A stretch of DNA of 64,000 nucleotides from a virus (IMGVR_UViG_2675903060_000003:1-64000); one strand, 5' to 3'; counted from the stretch's first letter, positions 28,053-38,129 are shown. Notes: generated by a model from the sequence alone, not told the origin. Numbers and translations are program-made.

Positions 28053-28430
28053 TTAGGCGGGGTGGATCACGAATGCGTAAGTGGCCTCGTAGCGGCGCAG
28101 CGCGGGGTTGTCGTACGGCACCTTGTGCGGGCCAGTCCGGGTCTCCACCCGCGAGAAGACGGCGCCGCCTGTCGTGGCCCCCCACAACTGCGTGTGGAGC
28201 GCCTCCTGTACCTGCAGCGCCAGGTCGCTGGCAGCCGGGCCCGTAGCGGCGAAGGCGGAGATGTCCACGGTGGGCTGGTCGCGGCGGAATCCGTCGTAGG
28301 GGCCGCCGAGCCGAACCACCTGCAGCCAAGGCAGCCGATCATCCAAGTCAGACGGAGTTTCGGTGGAAGCGTGCACGCCGGCGACGTTGTTCTCCAGCCA
28401 GGCGACCAACGCCGCCTCTACGTCGATCAT
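28053..28430 (-). CDS. Tail terminator
   Basis: DVEAALVAWL, LPWLQVVRLGG; position. Confidence 0.85.
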   Translation of the reverse strand: MIDVEAALVAWLENNVAGVHASTETPSDLDDRLPWLQVVRLGGPYDGFRRDQPTVDISAFAATGPAASDLALQVQEALHTQLWGATTGGAVFSRVETRTGPHKVPYDNPALRRYEATYAFVIHPA

Positions 28431-28732
28431 TCGGCGCCTGCCGCTCTGCCCATCACCCGGTAGCGGGGCGTGCGGGAGGAACCCCACTCGACGTAGGGAG
28501 CTGCTTCATCATCGTTGATGACCTTGGACACAGCGCGGGGCTTCGGGCCCGGCCGAATGCCCGTCTCGATCCGGAAGCTCGACTTGTATGAGCCAGTGTC
28601 CTCGGGCGCGTTAGCGATGCAGCGGTCCTGTACCGCCCTGGCCCGCCGCTCCATCTCGGCCTGCATCTGCCTGGAGGTAAGGATCTTGCCGATGCCCTTG
28701 CGGTTGGCCTTGAATCGGGCCCGCTGAGCCAT
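28427..28732 (-). CDS. HK97 gp10-like neck protein
   Basis: APEDTGSYKSS, APYVEWG motifs. Confidence 0.85.
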   Translation of the reverse strand: MAQRARFKANRKGIGKILTSRQMQAEMERRARAVQDRCIANAPEDTGSYKSSFRIETGIRPGPKPRAVSKVINDDEAAPYVEWGSSRTPRYRVMGRAAGAE

Positions 28733-28798
28733 TCGCGCCCCCTCACGCGTCAAGGTGCGGTACGAAAGCGTTCTCGGGGCCAAGGAGAGGAGAGGCGT

Positions 28799-29353
28799 GT
28801 GCGCGTACAGGGGCACTTAGGCGGCTGGGTGGAGTTCGATGGCCAGTTCGTCACCATCGGTCATGGAGGGCTGGCGCGTTTCGCCGTCGGCAACGCCGAC
28901 AAGCGGATCCACATCAGCCAGGTAGCGTCCGTGCAGATCAAACCGGCAGGGCTGATCAACAACGGGTTCATCCAGTTCGGCATCCCCGGCGGAGTGGAGC
29001 GGCGTGGCCAGTTCGGCCGGCAGACCGTCGACGCCGTCAACGACGAGAACAGCGTCGTGTTCCGCCGCGGCCAGCAACCCCAATTCGAGGCGCTGGCCCG
29101 CGCCATCGAGCACGAGATCGCCCGACTCCACATGCCTCGACCGGCGCAGCAGTCGAGCGTGGCCGACCAGATCGTACAGTTGTGGCAACTCGTGCAGGCT
29201 GGGGCGATAACCCGGGAGGAGTTCGAGCAGCAGAAAGCACAGATCCTCGGACACGCTCCCCCGCCGAGCCCGCAAGGACCGCCCAGGCAGCACCGACACA
29301 TCAACCCCGGACACGCTCAAGGCGGACTTCCACCCCAGCACGGGTACCGGTGA
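28799..29353 (+). CDS. DUF4429 + SHOCT domain protein (inverted moron)
   Basis: NGFIQF, DENSVVF, GAITREEFEQQKAQIL motifs. Confidence 0.85.
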   Translation: MRVQGHLGGWVEFDGQFVTIGHGGLARFAVGNADKRIHISQVASVQIKPAGLINNGFIQFGIPGGVERRGQFGRQTVDAVNDENSVVFRRGQQPQFEALARAIEHEIARLHMPRPAQQSSVADQIVQLWQLVQAGAITREEFEQQKAQILGHAPPPSPQGPPRQHRHINPGHAQGGLPPQHGYR

Positions 29354-29639
29354 GCGGGCTCCGCCACGACGACGGCAACCCCTGCACCTCGTAGACCAGG
29401 CCGCGGGCCCGGACCTGGTCTGTGGAGCGAACCTCGGTGCCGTACGGGGCCAGCACGGTGAGGCGCTCGCTCGTCTGGTCCTGTCCATGGGTCTCCTCGG
29501 TGGAGCCGGTCGGCCACACCGCGCACCCCTCGACGGGGAGTTCGGCCACAGTCCAGACGGGGTTGCCGTGGCTATCCCGGCCCGACTGTGTGCGGCGCAG
29601 CAGCACGACGGTCTCCCCTGCGGGCAAAGGCGGCGGCAT
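29301..29639 (-). CDS. Head-closure (stopper) protein
   Basis: DSHGNP, YEVQGLPSSWRSP; position. Confidence 0.85.
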   Translation of the reverse strand: MPPPLPAGETVVLLRRTQSGRDSHGNPVWTVAELPVEGCAVWPTGSTEETHGQDQTSERLTVLAPYGTEVRSTDQVRARGLVYEVQGLPSSWRSPLTGTRAGVEVRLERVRG

Positions 29640-29643
29640 CCCG

Positions 29644-30042
29644 TCACCACATCTCGTGCCACTGCCGGGCGTCCGCCCAGCCGTCGCCGTCCATGTCCCA
29701 TGGCCACGTCGGCGCGGGCGTCGCCTCCGCCGGCGTGGGGTCGATGGTGAACGCGCCGCCCCGCCCGCCGAGCCGCTTCAGCGCGGCGGTCTCGGCCTTG
29801 GTCATGTACAGGCCCGCCTGTGGGCGGGAGACCGTGTAGGGGCCGACCGTCTCGGAGGAGACGGCCTGCGGGTTGGCGTACGCCCGACCCGCCATCGCGA
29901 GCACTACCGCGGACGCGCCATCCGGCAGAGGCTTGACGACGGACTCGGCGAGGATGGTCGCCTGCTCGATCAGCAGGTTCGCCCGGCACTCGTTGATCTC
30001 GGACACGTCCAGGTAGAGAGCCAGATCCACGGCGTTGACCAC
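29644..30042 (-). CDS. Head-tail adaptor
   Basis: RAYANP...ETVGPY motif. Confidence 0.85.
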   Translation of the reverse strand: MVNAVDLALYLDVSEINECRANLLIEQATILAESVVKPLPDGASAVVLAMAGRAYANPQAVSSETVGPYTVSRPQAGLYMTKAETAALKRLGGRGGAFTIDPTPAEATPAPTWPWDMDGDGWADARQWHEMW

Positions 30043-30054
30043 GACCGACCTCCC

Positions 30055-31194
30055 CTACAGGTTCTCGATGGCCTCGACCCAGGCGGCGAGATCGCCGGAC
30101 GGGTCGAGTTCCTTCGACCGCTGCAGGGCCCGCCCGGACGCGGCCGACCACTCCGCAGGGTCGTCGAGCGCCCGCAGGGACGCCTCCCATGCCTCGACGT
30201 CGCCCGCCTCGCAGAAGATCCCCGCGTCTGCGAGGCTTTCCGACAGGCCCGGCGTAGGCGTCGCCATGACAGGGATCCCGGACGCGAGCGCCTCGACGCC
30301 GACCCGGCCCCACGACTCGACGTGGGACGGCACCAGCAGGACTCGGGTACGGGCGTACACCTGATCCCGCATCTGGTCGCCAGGAACTTGCCGGATCACC
30401 TCGACATTCGGCAGGTCACGCACGATCTGATGACCGTAGGCGCCCTCGACGGCGAGGAACCGATGCTCGGGCAGGCGCGCGGCGAGCTTCCAGAACAGGT
30501 CGCCGCCCTTCTCCCGGTTCAGATTGATCATCGTGATCAGATCGCCGGGAGTGGTCGCGTAGTCGGCGGCGAACACCGGCGGCCTCACCACCAGCGTCTT
30601 CGACGGCTTGAGCCACTTCGGCCGCTCCGCAAACAGCGCCTCGGCCTCCGCCTGCAAGTGCATCGAGTTGTAGACCACCAGCGCCGTCGACCCAGCCGCG
30701 ATGTTCTTGAAGATCACCGGAGCCGGATTGTGCGCCAACACCACGAACGGGATCCCGTAGCCGCGCGCCAGCGCGCCAGCGGCAGGCACGTTCTCATACT
30801 GGCTGACCACGACGTCCGCATGCCGCACCGCCGAACCGAAGTCGAGGCGGGCCGCCAGCGGAATAACCATGATCCCGTCCACGTGGTACGGGTCGCGTGC
30901 CTTCCCGTAGCGGGACAGCCACACCTGCACGTCGTGGCCGCGCTCGGCGAGCGGGCGCAGCATGGAGAACAGCGCCCACTCGCCGCCAGCGTTGTGATGC
31001 GGTGGCGCCGAGTGGATGCGGACGACGATCCGCTTCGGCCTGTCGGCCTTCCCCTGAAGGGCAGGCATCTCGGCCGGGCCGGCAGGTGCCGCGGCCGACG
31101 TCTGGACAGGCTCGGCAGCCGGCTTCGGCGGCCTAGCCTGCCGTGGCCGCTTCGGCGGAGGATCGCCCTCCGCCGCCCTGCGACGCGGCGGCAT
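30055..31194 (-). CDS. GT-B (GT4-like) glycosyltransferase
   Basis: AGGE, KGG, ESWGRVGVEALASGIPV motifs; start overlaps the capsid stop. Confidence 0.9.
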   Translation of the reverse strand: MPPRRRAAEGDPPPKRPRQARPPKPAAEPVQTSAAAPAGPAEMPALQGKADRPKRIVVRIHSAPPHHNAGGEWALFSMLRPLAERGHDVQVWLSRYGKARDPYHVDGIMVIPLAARLDFGSAVRHADVVVSQYENVPAAGALARGYGIPFVVLAHNPAPVIFKNIAAGSTALVVYNSMHLQAEAEALFAERPKWLKPSKTLVVRPPVFAADYATTPGDLITMINLNREKGGDLFWKLAARLPEHRFLAVEGAYGHQIVRDLPNVEVIRQVPGDQMRDQVYARTRVLLVPSHVESWGRVGVEALASGIPVMATPTPGLSESLADAGIFCEAGDVEAWEASLRALDDPAEWSAASGRALQRSKELDPSGDLAAWVEAIENL

Positions 31195-32150
31195 CAGGAG
31201 ATGTAGCCGTTCGTCGTGTACTTCACGAACGCCTCGACGTCGCCCACCACGAAGCCGTAGTACGCCTCCGCGAGCAGCAGCACCAGGTTCTCCTGGAACG
31301 CCGAGTGGACGCCGCCCTCCTCGTCCACGTACGTCGCCTCGGACGAGATGCGGACGGTGATGTCCATGCCGACGCCATAGGCGGCCTGCGACCAGTCGCC
31401 GCCGATCGCCCGCAGACCCGAGTCGGTCGAGGTGGACTGACGGCGGTGCTTACCCGACACGGCCCGCGAGTAGGCGAGCGGCTCACCGATGAGCGTGCCC
31501 GCGGACGCGGCGTTCGTGCCCGGCGTGGTCGTGTCCACGAAGATGGGTCGGCCGTTGGTGTCGGTGGCCAGCATGAGCTGCGGCTTCAGACGCGGGTCGG
31601 CGGCGGTGCCGGTGAAGTCCCAGTCGTCGTCCACCACCTCAGCCATACCGTTGACCAGGTCGGCGTAGATGCCGCCGTTGGCCTGGGAGGTGGTGCCGAG
31701 CTCCTGCCACTTCGTCGTCTCGATCAGGTAGTCCGAGAACGGGCCGGCGGCGCCCTTCATCGTCTTGCCGTGGATGGCGGCGTAGTCGAACGCGCGGGCG
31801 AACGCGGTCGGCAGGTCGGCCTGAAGCTGCGTCCACAGACCGGCCGCGTTGGTGTTGACGACCTCCTCCGCGACCGGGATCAGGACGGCGAGCTTCTTCG
31901 CGGTCATCTGCTTGACGTCAATGCCGCCCGAAGACAGCGGCTTACGGGCGCCCTGGCCGACCCAGTCCGCGGTCGGGACGTCGAGCGGCACGGGGATGCT
32001 GGTGGTGGCGTCGATCGCCAGCGGCGCACGACGCGCCAGCGACATGATCGCCGACTGCTCGACGCTCTTCTCGAAGATCGGCCCCGTCAGGGTGCGGGGC
32101 AGAAGAGCGTCGTTGAGGTCAGAGAGCTTGATCGGCTCGGTGACGGGCAT
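31194..32150 (-). CDS. Major capsid protein (HK97 fold)
   Basis: KKLAVLIPVAEE, GGDWSQ, FQENLV motifs. Confidence 0.95.
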   Translation of the reverse strand: MPVTEPIKLSDLNDALLPRTLTGPIFEKSVEQSAIMSLARRAPLAIDATTSIPVPLDVPTADWVGQGARKPLSSGGIDVKQMTAKKLAVLIPVAEEVVNTNAAGLWTQLQADLPTAFARAFDYAAIHGKTMKGAAGPFSDYLIETTKWQELGTTSQANGGIYADLVNGMAEVVDDDWDFTGTAADPRLKPQLMLATDTNGRPIFVDTTTPGTNAASAGTLIGEPLAYSRAVSGKHRRQSTSTDSGLRAIGGDWSQAAYGVGMDITVRISSEATYVDEEGGVHSAFQENLVLLLAEAYYGFVVGDVEAFVKYTTNGYIS

Positions 32151-32159
32151 GGAGGCTCC

Positions 32160-32795
32160 TTATTTGCGGCCACGAAGCCGCGAATGAAGAAACCCCGCGA
32201 ACTCATCCGCGGGGCTTGACGAACGTTGCTTGTTGGCGCTGGACGCCTGTGTCATGTCAGGCGCTGGCCTGCGCTTTTCCGGCTCGGCGGCGGCCTTTGC
32301 CAGATGCGGCTTGCGGTCGAGCAGATCGGCCAGGTCGGCCTTGATCTGGTCGGCGTCGATCTCTCCGTCGTCGGAGTAGGCGCCGAACTTCTCCCGCAGG
32401 TAGGTGATCGCGTCGTCGGGGTCCTTGAATCCGTCGGCGGCCAGCGCCCGCACCTCGGCGCGCACGGCCCGCTCCAGAAGCGCCTCGGCGCGCTTCTCCG
32501 CGTTCTCGGCCCTGGCGAGAGCCTTCTCGGTCTCGCTCTTGTCCTTGTCGCGATACTCCTGGAGCTGATTCTCCAGGTCGCGCCGCGCCCTGTCCGCTTC
32601 ACGCTTGGCGCGCTCGGCGTCGTTGCGGAGCTTGCGCTCCTTGGCCAGGGCAGCCTTACCGGGGGTTCCGAGCTTGTCGTCGTCGCCCGCTTCGTCGGCG
32701 CCCGTCGCGGGCTCCCGTACGGCGGTGTCGACCGTCTCCTCCTCGGACGTGGTGTCGTCGGTGGTGGTCTGCTCGGTGGTGGTGTCGTCAGCCAT
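32160..32795 (-). CDS. Scaffolding protein
   Basis: Acidic N-terminus, coiled coil, LLDRKPHLA. Confidence 0.85.
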   Translation of the reverse strand: MADDTTTEQTTTDDTTSEEETVDTAVREPATGADEAGDDDKLGTPGKAALAKERKLRNDAERAKREADRARRDLENQLQEYRDKDKSETEKALARAENAEKRAEALLERAVRAEVRALAADGFKDPDDAITYLREKFGAYSDDGEIDADQIKADLADLLDRKPHLAKAAAEPEKRRPAPDMTQASSANKQRSSSPADEFAGFLHSRLRGRK

Positions 32796-32917
32796 CGCGG
32801 CCTCTCGTTGCTGGCCGAGCCGTCGCGGCTCCGGGCCTTGGGGTGATCACCCCGCAGAGGCGGGGTCGGAACGCCGGAAGGCCGCGCGATGGCGGCCTTC
32901 CGGAAGCTTGAACGGGC

Positions 32918-33691
32918 CTATTCGAGCTCTTCGCCGCCGCCCTCGAACGCTTTGCGCCAGGCGCGGAGCTTGCCCTTCGTGCCGTAGACGCCTGCGGTGG
33001 ATTCGGCGTACAGCCGCTCCCACTCCTGCACGTGCTCGGGCGGCTCCCAGCGCTGCCCTCTCATAATCGGAATCACATTGCACGAGCAGTGATCGTGGAA
33101 TTTGTAGTTGCCTCCGCCCTTGAACGCGCGATTGACGCGCCCACCTGCGGTTTCTTCCGAGTGGTAGACGGCGCCGCGTACGGCCATTAGCCCGCAGAAG
33201 GCGCACGGGTCGGCATCGGTGACCCTCGCCCAGCCGATCGCCTCGGGATCCTCATCCAGCGCCTCGATGATGGTGTCCCGTCCAACGTCCGCCACGAGCT
33301 TCTGGGCTGCACCTTGCGCCTTCTTCTCGGCGGCGCCCAGCCGCTGCTCGATCGGTGGCGGGTTCTCGTCCTCGGGGATCCACAGGTCCTTCGTGGCCCA
33401 CCGCAGCGATACTTCCGCCTTCCCGCCTGGGATCCCGGCCGGCGCGGGCACGAACACCCCGCGGGAGCGGGCAATGTCCCGCTCCTCGGAGTAGTAGTCG
33501 GCGGCGAGCGTCCCCGACATGCGGGCAAACGCCTCCAGCAGTTCCTTCACCGCCTCGATCCACAGTGGGATCGTGGTCGCGAACGCGCCGAGACGGATCA
33601 GATCCCACAGCGGGCCGAGTTGCTCGGCCAGACGGGCAGACAGGGCGCGCTGGGCGGCCTGATGCTCAGCGGCCCTCGACTGCTGCGTCAT
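32918..33691 (-). CDS. MuF-like minor head / capsid maturation protein
   Basis: WARV...CAFC...RGAVY...FHDHCSC. Confidence 0.8.
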   Translation of the reverse strand: MTQQSRAAEHQAAQRALSARLAEQLGPLWDLIRLGAFATTIPLWIEAVKELLEAFARMSGTLAADYYSEERDIARSRGVFVPAPAGIPGGKAEVSLRWATKDLWIPEDENPPPIEQRLGAAEKKAQGAAQKLVADVGRDTIIEALDEDPEAIGWARVTDADPCAFCGLMAVRGAVYHSEETAGGRVNRAFKGGGNYKFHDHCSCNVIPIMRGQRWEPPEHVQEWERLYAESTAGVYGTKGKLRAWRKAFEGGGEELE

Positions 33692-35105
33692 CCGCGGCCT
33701 CCGGCTCAGCCTCGCGTCCATGTGCCGCACGGCGGGCGGCGAGCTCGTTGCCGAGGTCAGTCAGCGCCTGCCGGCCCTGTGCGCGCCGTCGGTCTGCGTG
33801 GACCCGGCGCCGCTGCCCCTCGGTCAGGCCGACCATCTCCAGCGTGACGTCCGAGTCCGCGGGAAGGATGCCCGCCGCGACCAGCTTTGTCGCAGCGTCG
33901 GTCTGGCTGGCCATCGTCGGCGTGGCCGGGTTGCGCCACACCGTTTCGATGCGGCGGGACCGGTCAGGGAGGTCCCCTGTCTGGATCAGGATCGCGAGGC
34001 GGAACACCTGGCTCCATGGCGTGTTGAACAGCGTCTGCTTGCGCTCGGCGCGCTTCACCAGTTGAGCTTCGGTCGAGCGGATCGCGTCCGCCGACGCCGG
34101 ATTGTCCGTGGTGTAGCCCAGGTAGTGCGGCGGCAGGCCAAGCTGGGTGGCCATGATCCGCGCGTACATGTCGATCATCCGCGTGTACACGGACGGGTCG
34201 TAGGCGGCGAACTGGCCCACGGTCGGGACCTCGCCGTCCTCGTCCCGCTCCAGCGCCAGCACGCGGCCCAAATAAGCTTCCCAGGCGCTCTTGGCGTTGC
34301 CTTCGGCGTCCTGGAACGCCGACTCGGACGCGCCGAGGATGTACCGCTGGGGGGCGCCGTAGAACTCGCGGGCGACCTCCATCCCCATCAGGGTTCGGCA
34401 GGCAGCGTCCGTGATGGACATGACCGCGTTCGTGATCTCGGATCGTCCGATCCGGTCCGCCGTCCGCTGACGGTTCGAGATCCGCACCACCGGCGGCAGC
34501 CCGAGTCCGTGGTCGTCGCGGTCGATGACCTCCCAGCCGGAGTTCGTCGCCACCACGTGGATGGACGAGTTCGGCAGGTACAGCACCGCCGCATCCTGGT
34601 CTTCGATCTTGTACAGGCGCAGCCCGCTCGTGACGGCGCGGGCTCGGGCGTCGTAGAAGACCGTCATGTCCAGCGGCGACTCGATCGAGATCAGCGGCGG
34701 CATGTCGGCGTCCTCACTCGACCCGACCGCCGCATACGACCGGCCGTAGATCAGCGAATCGAGGTGCGCGAGCTGCGACTCGGCGACCAGCTCATTCGCC
34801 TCCGCGATCTCTTCCAGCTCGGTGGAATCGTCTGGCGCGTCCTTGTACCGCCACGCTTCGACGTCGAGCCGCTGCTCCAGCGCGTCCACACCGATCTGAG
34901 GCCACCCAATGACGGTGTGCAAGCCCTTGAGCTGCGGCGGGATCGAAATCCCCAGGTCGCGGATGAGCTGCTCGCCGTTGTAGTAGCAATCCCGCAGCTC
35001 CAGGTCGAAACGGCGCGATATCAGTTCGCTCCGCAGCACGCCGAGCAGCGCCGCCTCGTCGTCCGTCAAGGTCAGCAGCCCCAGCTCGGGAATCGTGACG
35101 GTCAC
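33666..35105 (-). CDS. Portal protein (SPP1 gp6-like)
   Basis: YYNGEQ, GRSEI, PQRYILG, NPASADA motifs. Confidence 0.92.
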   Translation of the reverse strand: MTVTIPELGLLTLTDDEAALLGVLRSELISRRFDLELRDCYYNGEQLIRDLGISIPPQLKGLHTVIGWPQIGVDALEQRLDVEAWRYKDAPDDSTELEEIAEANELVAESQLAHLDSLIYGRSYAAVGSSEDADMPPLISIESPLDMTVFYDARARAVTSGLRLYKIEDQDAAVLYLPNSSIHVVATNSGWEVIDRDDHGLGLPPVVRISNRQRTADRIGRSEITNAVMSITDAACRTLMGMEVAREFYGAPQRYILGASESAFQDAEGNAKSAWEAYLGRVLALERDEDGEVPTVGQFAAYDPSVYTRMIDMYARIMATQLGLPPHYLGYTTDNPASADAIRSTEAQLVKRAERKQTLFNTPWSQVFRLAILIQTGDLPDRSRRIETVWRNPATPTMASQTDAATKLVAAGILPADSDVTLEMVGLTEGQRRRVHADRRRAQGRQALTDLGNELAARRAAHGREAEPEAADDAAVEGR

Positions 35106-36760
35106 CGCAGCACCACCGCCCGCCCTTGTCCTCTGCGACCCAGACCCTTGGAGATGGCGTCGAGACGTGCCTGCCACGCCAGCATGGCCGCGATGGCGGC
35201 GTCGATCTTCCGCCGTGATGTCGGATGCTCTTTTGCGATCGTCAGCCCCGACCTCGACGGCCGGCGGCGAGCGTTCAGCATGTGGCGGGTCAGCGCGAAC
35301 GACCCGTCATGAGAGAGCTCGCCGTTCACGATCGCCGCGTGCAGCTGCTCCAACGCTCTGACGACCATGTTGGTGCGGTTCATCCACCACTCGATCGGGT
35401 GATTCTGCGACGACCGCACCCGCAGCCGCCGCCCGTACGTGTACTCCCAATCCGCGACGTACGACCGCCAGTCCGCGGCCGGGTCTGCGTAGAAGCCCAC
35501 CACCCGGTAGCGCTGGAAAGCGGACCGGACTGCGGCCTCGACTTCCGGGATCGGCACCCACCAGTCGCGGCCTGCAGCGCCGTCCGGCTGCTCCCACACC
35601 GCGACCTCGAACAGGTGCCCGTCGCTGACGCGGCAGCCGATCAACGCCGTGGCGTCCGTCACCCCACGCTCGCGGTGCCGGGAACCGTCGAACCCGAGCG
35701 TGATCCGCTCCCCGTCCGCGACCACCTTGGAGGCGTCCACGCACGCTGCCCACTCCGGCTGAGACAGCCACGAGTCCGATGCGTGCGTGACCTGGTTGCC
35801 GTAGTACTGGCGCGACGATTCGGGCGTCGTGGCCGGGTCGTGAATCTCGGCGACGATCCGGTCCAGGTCCACCCAGCCGCGACGCTCGCACGGCGGCTCG
35901 TGGATGCGACACCCACCCGGCAGGTTCGCCGAGTCGCCGTAGGCGTAGGCCAGCCCGTTGTACAGCGACCCCGGATCCGACATGTCGGTCTCCGGCGGCC
36001 ACTCCCGGTGGTCGTACAGCAGACCCTCATCCTTGGCTCTACCCTCCAGGATCTGCTGCAGGTACTGGGCGGACGCCTCGGCAACCGACTCCTCACCGGG
36101 CACGTAGGCGTTCGGAGCTTCGATCGATGAGCCGCCGGTCTTGCCCAGGTTCCGGCGCAGCGTCGCCGCGAGCCGCACCCCGCCGTTGACCGGCATCCAC
36201 GACTCGGTCTGGTCGAGACACACATGCACGGGCCGGTTGCCCTCACGGCTAGTCGCCGCGGCGGTCACGAACTCGATCCGGCCCTTCGGCAAGGCGACGA
36301 ACGTGTCCATCGGGTCGAGTCCCGGATAGGCGTCCATCACCGGGCCCTCGCGGAGCATCTCCAGCAGCGGCGCCCACGCGTTCTTCGTCTGGTCCTCGCT
36401 GGTGGCCGCGATCTGCACCCACGGGGTGCGGATGTCCGACCATGGCCGGCCCACGGGCTGCCCGTCGGCGTCCCAGCCGTCCGGGACGACGGGCCCCATC
36501 CCCTCGGCGGCGCAGATGGCGCTCAGCAGCGGAGACTTTCCCGCGCCCTTCGGCCGGCTGTAGACGGCACGCCGGTAGCGCCGCTTACCCGTAACCGGGT
36601 TGATCTCGTAGAAGGCCAGGACGAACGCCGCCTGCTCCTTCGTCAGGATCAGCGGCTCGTACTCGCTCCGGTCAGGTGCCGCGAGATGGTCCTCAATCCA
36701 CGCCAGGACCTCCCAGCCCAGCGTTGGCCGCTCTCCGGGGTACGACGGACGCCACGGCAA
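35102..36760 (-). CDS. terL: Terminase large subunit
   Basis: RPKGAGKS Walker A, LGFDGS nuclease, KIDAAIA; TTG start with GGAGG. Confidence 0.95.
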   Translation of the reverse strand: MPWRPSYPGERPTLGWEVLAWIEDHLAAPDRSEYEPLILTKEQAAFVLAFYEINPVTGKRRYRRAVYSRPKGAGKSPLLSAICAAEGMGPVVPDGWDADGQPVGRPWSDIRTPWVQIAATSEDQTKNAWAPLLEMLREGPVMDAYPGLDPMDTFVALPKGRIEFVTAAATSREGNRPVHVCLDQTESWMPVNGGVRLAATLRRNLGKTGGSSIEAPNAYVPGEESVAEASAQYLQQILEGRAKDEGLLYDHREWPPETDMSDPGSLYNGLAYAYGDSANLPGGCRIHEPPCERRGWVDLDRIVAEIHDPATTPESSRQYYGNQVTHASDSWLSQPEWAACVDASKVVADGERITLGFDGSRHRERGVTDATALIGCRVSDGHLFEVAVWEQPDGAAGRDWWVPIPEVEAAVRSAFQRYRVVGFYADPAADWRSYVADWEYTYGRRLRVRSSQNHPIEWWMNRTNMVVRALEQLHAAIVNGELSHDGSFALTRHMLNARRRPSRSGLTIAKEHPTSRRKIDAAIAAMLAWQARLDAISKGLGRRGQGRAVVLR

Positions 36761-36773
36761 GGGAGAACCTCCC

Positions 36774-37238
36774 TCACGCGTTCTCTGCGGCTCCATCGGG
36801 GCGGTTCACACCGGGCAGAACCCGCAGATCCCCGTAACGCTGGCGGGCCGTCTCCTGCACGGGTGGCCGCTTGGAGTCCTTCTCGTCGGCGTCGGCGAAG
36901 ACGAGCCGGAGCCTTGCGCGATCTTCAGGGGTGGCGCCGAACTTGGCCACCCGTAGCCGAACCTCGGCCGCGAGCGTCCACTGCCCCTTGGACCACATGG
37001 CGTCGTGCATGAGCGCGGTGTCGAGCAGGAAGTACCAATCCGACTCGATCATCACTTCGGCTTGAGGCGACCGCTTCCACATCTCCCACCATGCGCGAGT
37101 GCGTGGATGCCAGTCGATCTCCTCAGGGAGATCAGGCGGCTCCGCCTTCTCGAAGCGCAGCACCGTCTGCGGAACAGGATCAGCATTCGTACGAGCCCGC
37201 CGATGCGCCGGCTTGGGTGCAGGGCCACGACCAGCCAC
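36774..37238 (-). CDS. terS: Terminase small subunit
   Basis: GRGPAPKP, EVRLRVAKFGATPEDRARLR. Confidence 0.9.
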   Translation of the reverse strand: MAGRGPAPKPAHRRARTNADPVPQTVLRFEKAEPPDLPEEIDWHPRTRAWWEMWKRSPQAEVMIESDWYFLLDTALMHDAMWSKGQWTLAAEVRLRVAKFGATPEDRARLRLVFADADEKDSKRPPVQETARQRYGDLRVLPGVNRPDGAAENA

Positions 37239-37289
37239 GGAGGATCACCTCCTGAGCGAAAGGGGGTAACAGAAAGTCAAGATCGCGAG

Positions 37290-37366
37290 GCCCCAGACCT
37301 GTAGCCAACCACGGCGCGTACACCTGCCGATGCCGGGCGATCCCCCCATACCGGGCATCCCCCCAC
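37290..37366 (-). other. Candidate cos/packaging site
   Basis: Non-coding gap upstream of terS with G6 tracts followed by CGGCAGGTGTA (37329-37319). Confidence 0.4.
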
Positions 37367-37440
37367 CTCAGGCGGAAACCGGACACTTGGTTGTCGCCCT
37401 GGGTGATGAGCGTGGCTGTGAGCGATGGGCATGCGCGTCA

Positions 37441-37626
37441 CTACTCGCGCCCATCAAGAGCGTGATGCACGAGCACCCAGCCCATCGACCCGTCCTCGCG
37501 AGGCACAGGCACCACCCTTGGTCCGCACACGCACTCGGGCTCGGAGGTGGACGTGTCGTGCGCTACGAGATCACCCACAGGATGGACGTGCAGCACGTCA
37601 GCATGCTCGACGTCAGTCATCGTCAT
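37441..37626 (-). CDS. Small His/Cys phage protein
   Basis: HVHPVGDLVAH...CVCGP...HHALDGRE. Confidence 0.7.
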   Translation of the reverse strand: MTMTDVEHADVLHVHPVGDLVAHDTSTSEPECVCGPRVVPVPREDGSMGWVLVHHALDGRE

Positions 37627-37852
37627 CCCCTACGACGAGGAACTGCTGCGCCTCGATGATGCGCTCTGCTGCCTTGATGAGCCCGTACTGGGTGATCCAG
37701 TCGAGTGCATCGCTGTCAGCTATGGCGAGCCCTGACTGTCCATCAGGGTTGACCACCTTGGCGATGAGGATGACATCGGAGACGAGAGAACCCTCATCGA
37801 GGTCGAGGGTGACGCCCAAGCCATCGACTATGGGGCCGGCAGGCTGTTCCAT
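37613..37852 (-). CDS. Hypothetical protein
   Basis: RBS; overlap. Confidence 0.65.
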   Translation of the reverse strand: MEQPAGPIVDGLGVTLDLDEGSLVSDVILIAKVVNPDGQSGLAIADSDALDWITQYGLIKAAERIIEAQQFLVVGDDDD

Positions 37853-37867
37853 CGCGGCCCCTCTCTG

Positions 37868-38080
37868 TCAGCGGTTTCGTCGGTCTCCCGTGTAGTAGCC
37901 GACGTTACGCATGTGGAGACGCTGGCAGAAGCCTGCTGCCCTCGGGCCCAGGTACTTCTTGAGCATGCGGTTGCAGCGGGTCCAGTCGCCCTTGGTACCC
38001 CATTTGATCTTGGCCCCGCCTTGGCCACCCGTGCTCCAGTAGCGGCGGAGGGCTTCAGCGTTGCCGCTCTTGCGTGCCAT
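37868..38080 (-). CDS. Small basic phage protein
   Basis: LRRYW...AKIKWGTKGDWTRC...C.RLH motif. Confidence 0.7.
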   Translation of the reverse strand: MARKSGNAEALRRYWSTGGQGGAKIKWGTKGDWTRCNRMLKKYLGPRAAGFCQRLHMRNVGYYTGDRRNR

Positions 38081-38129
38081 GGTCGATCACCTCGGCGTTT
38101 CCTGTTCCCGCGATCGCTTGTGGTAGTCG

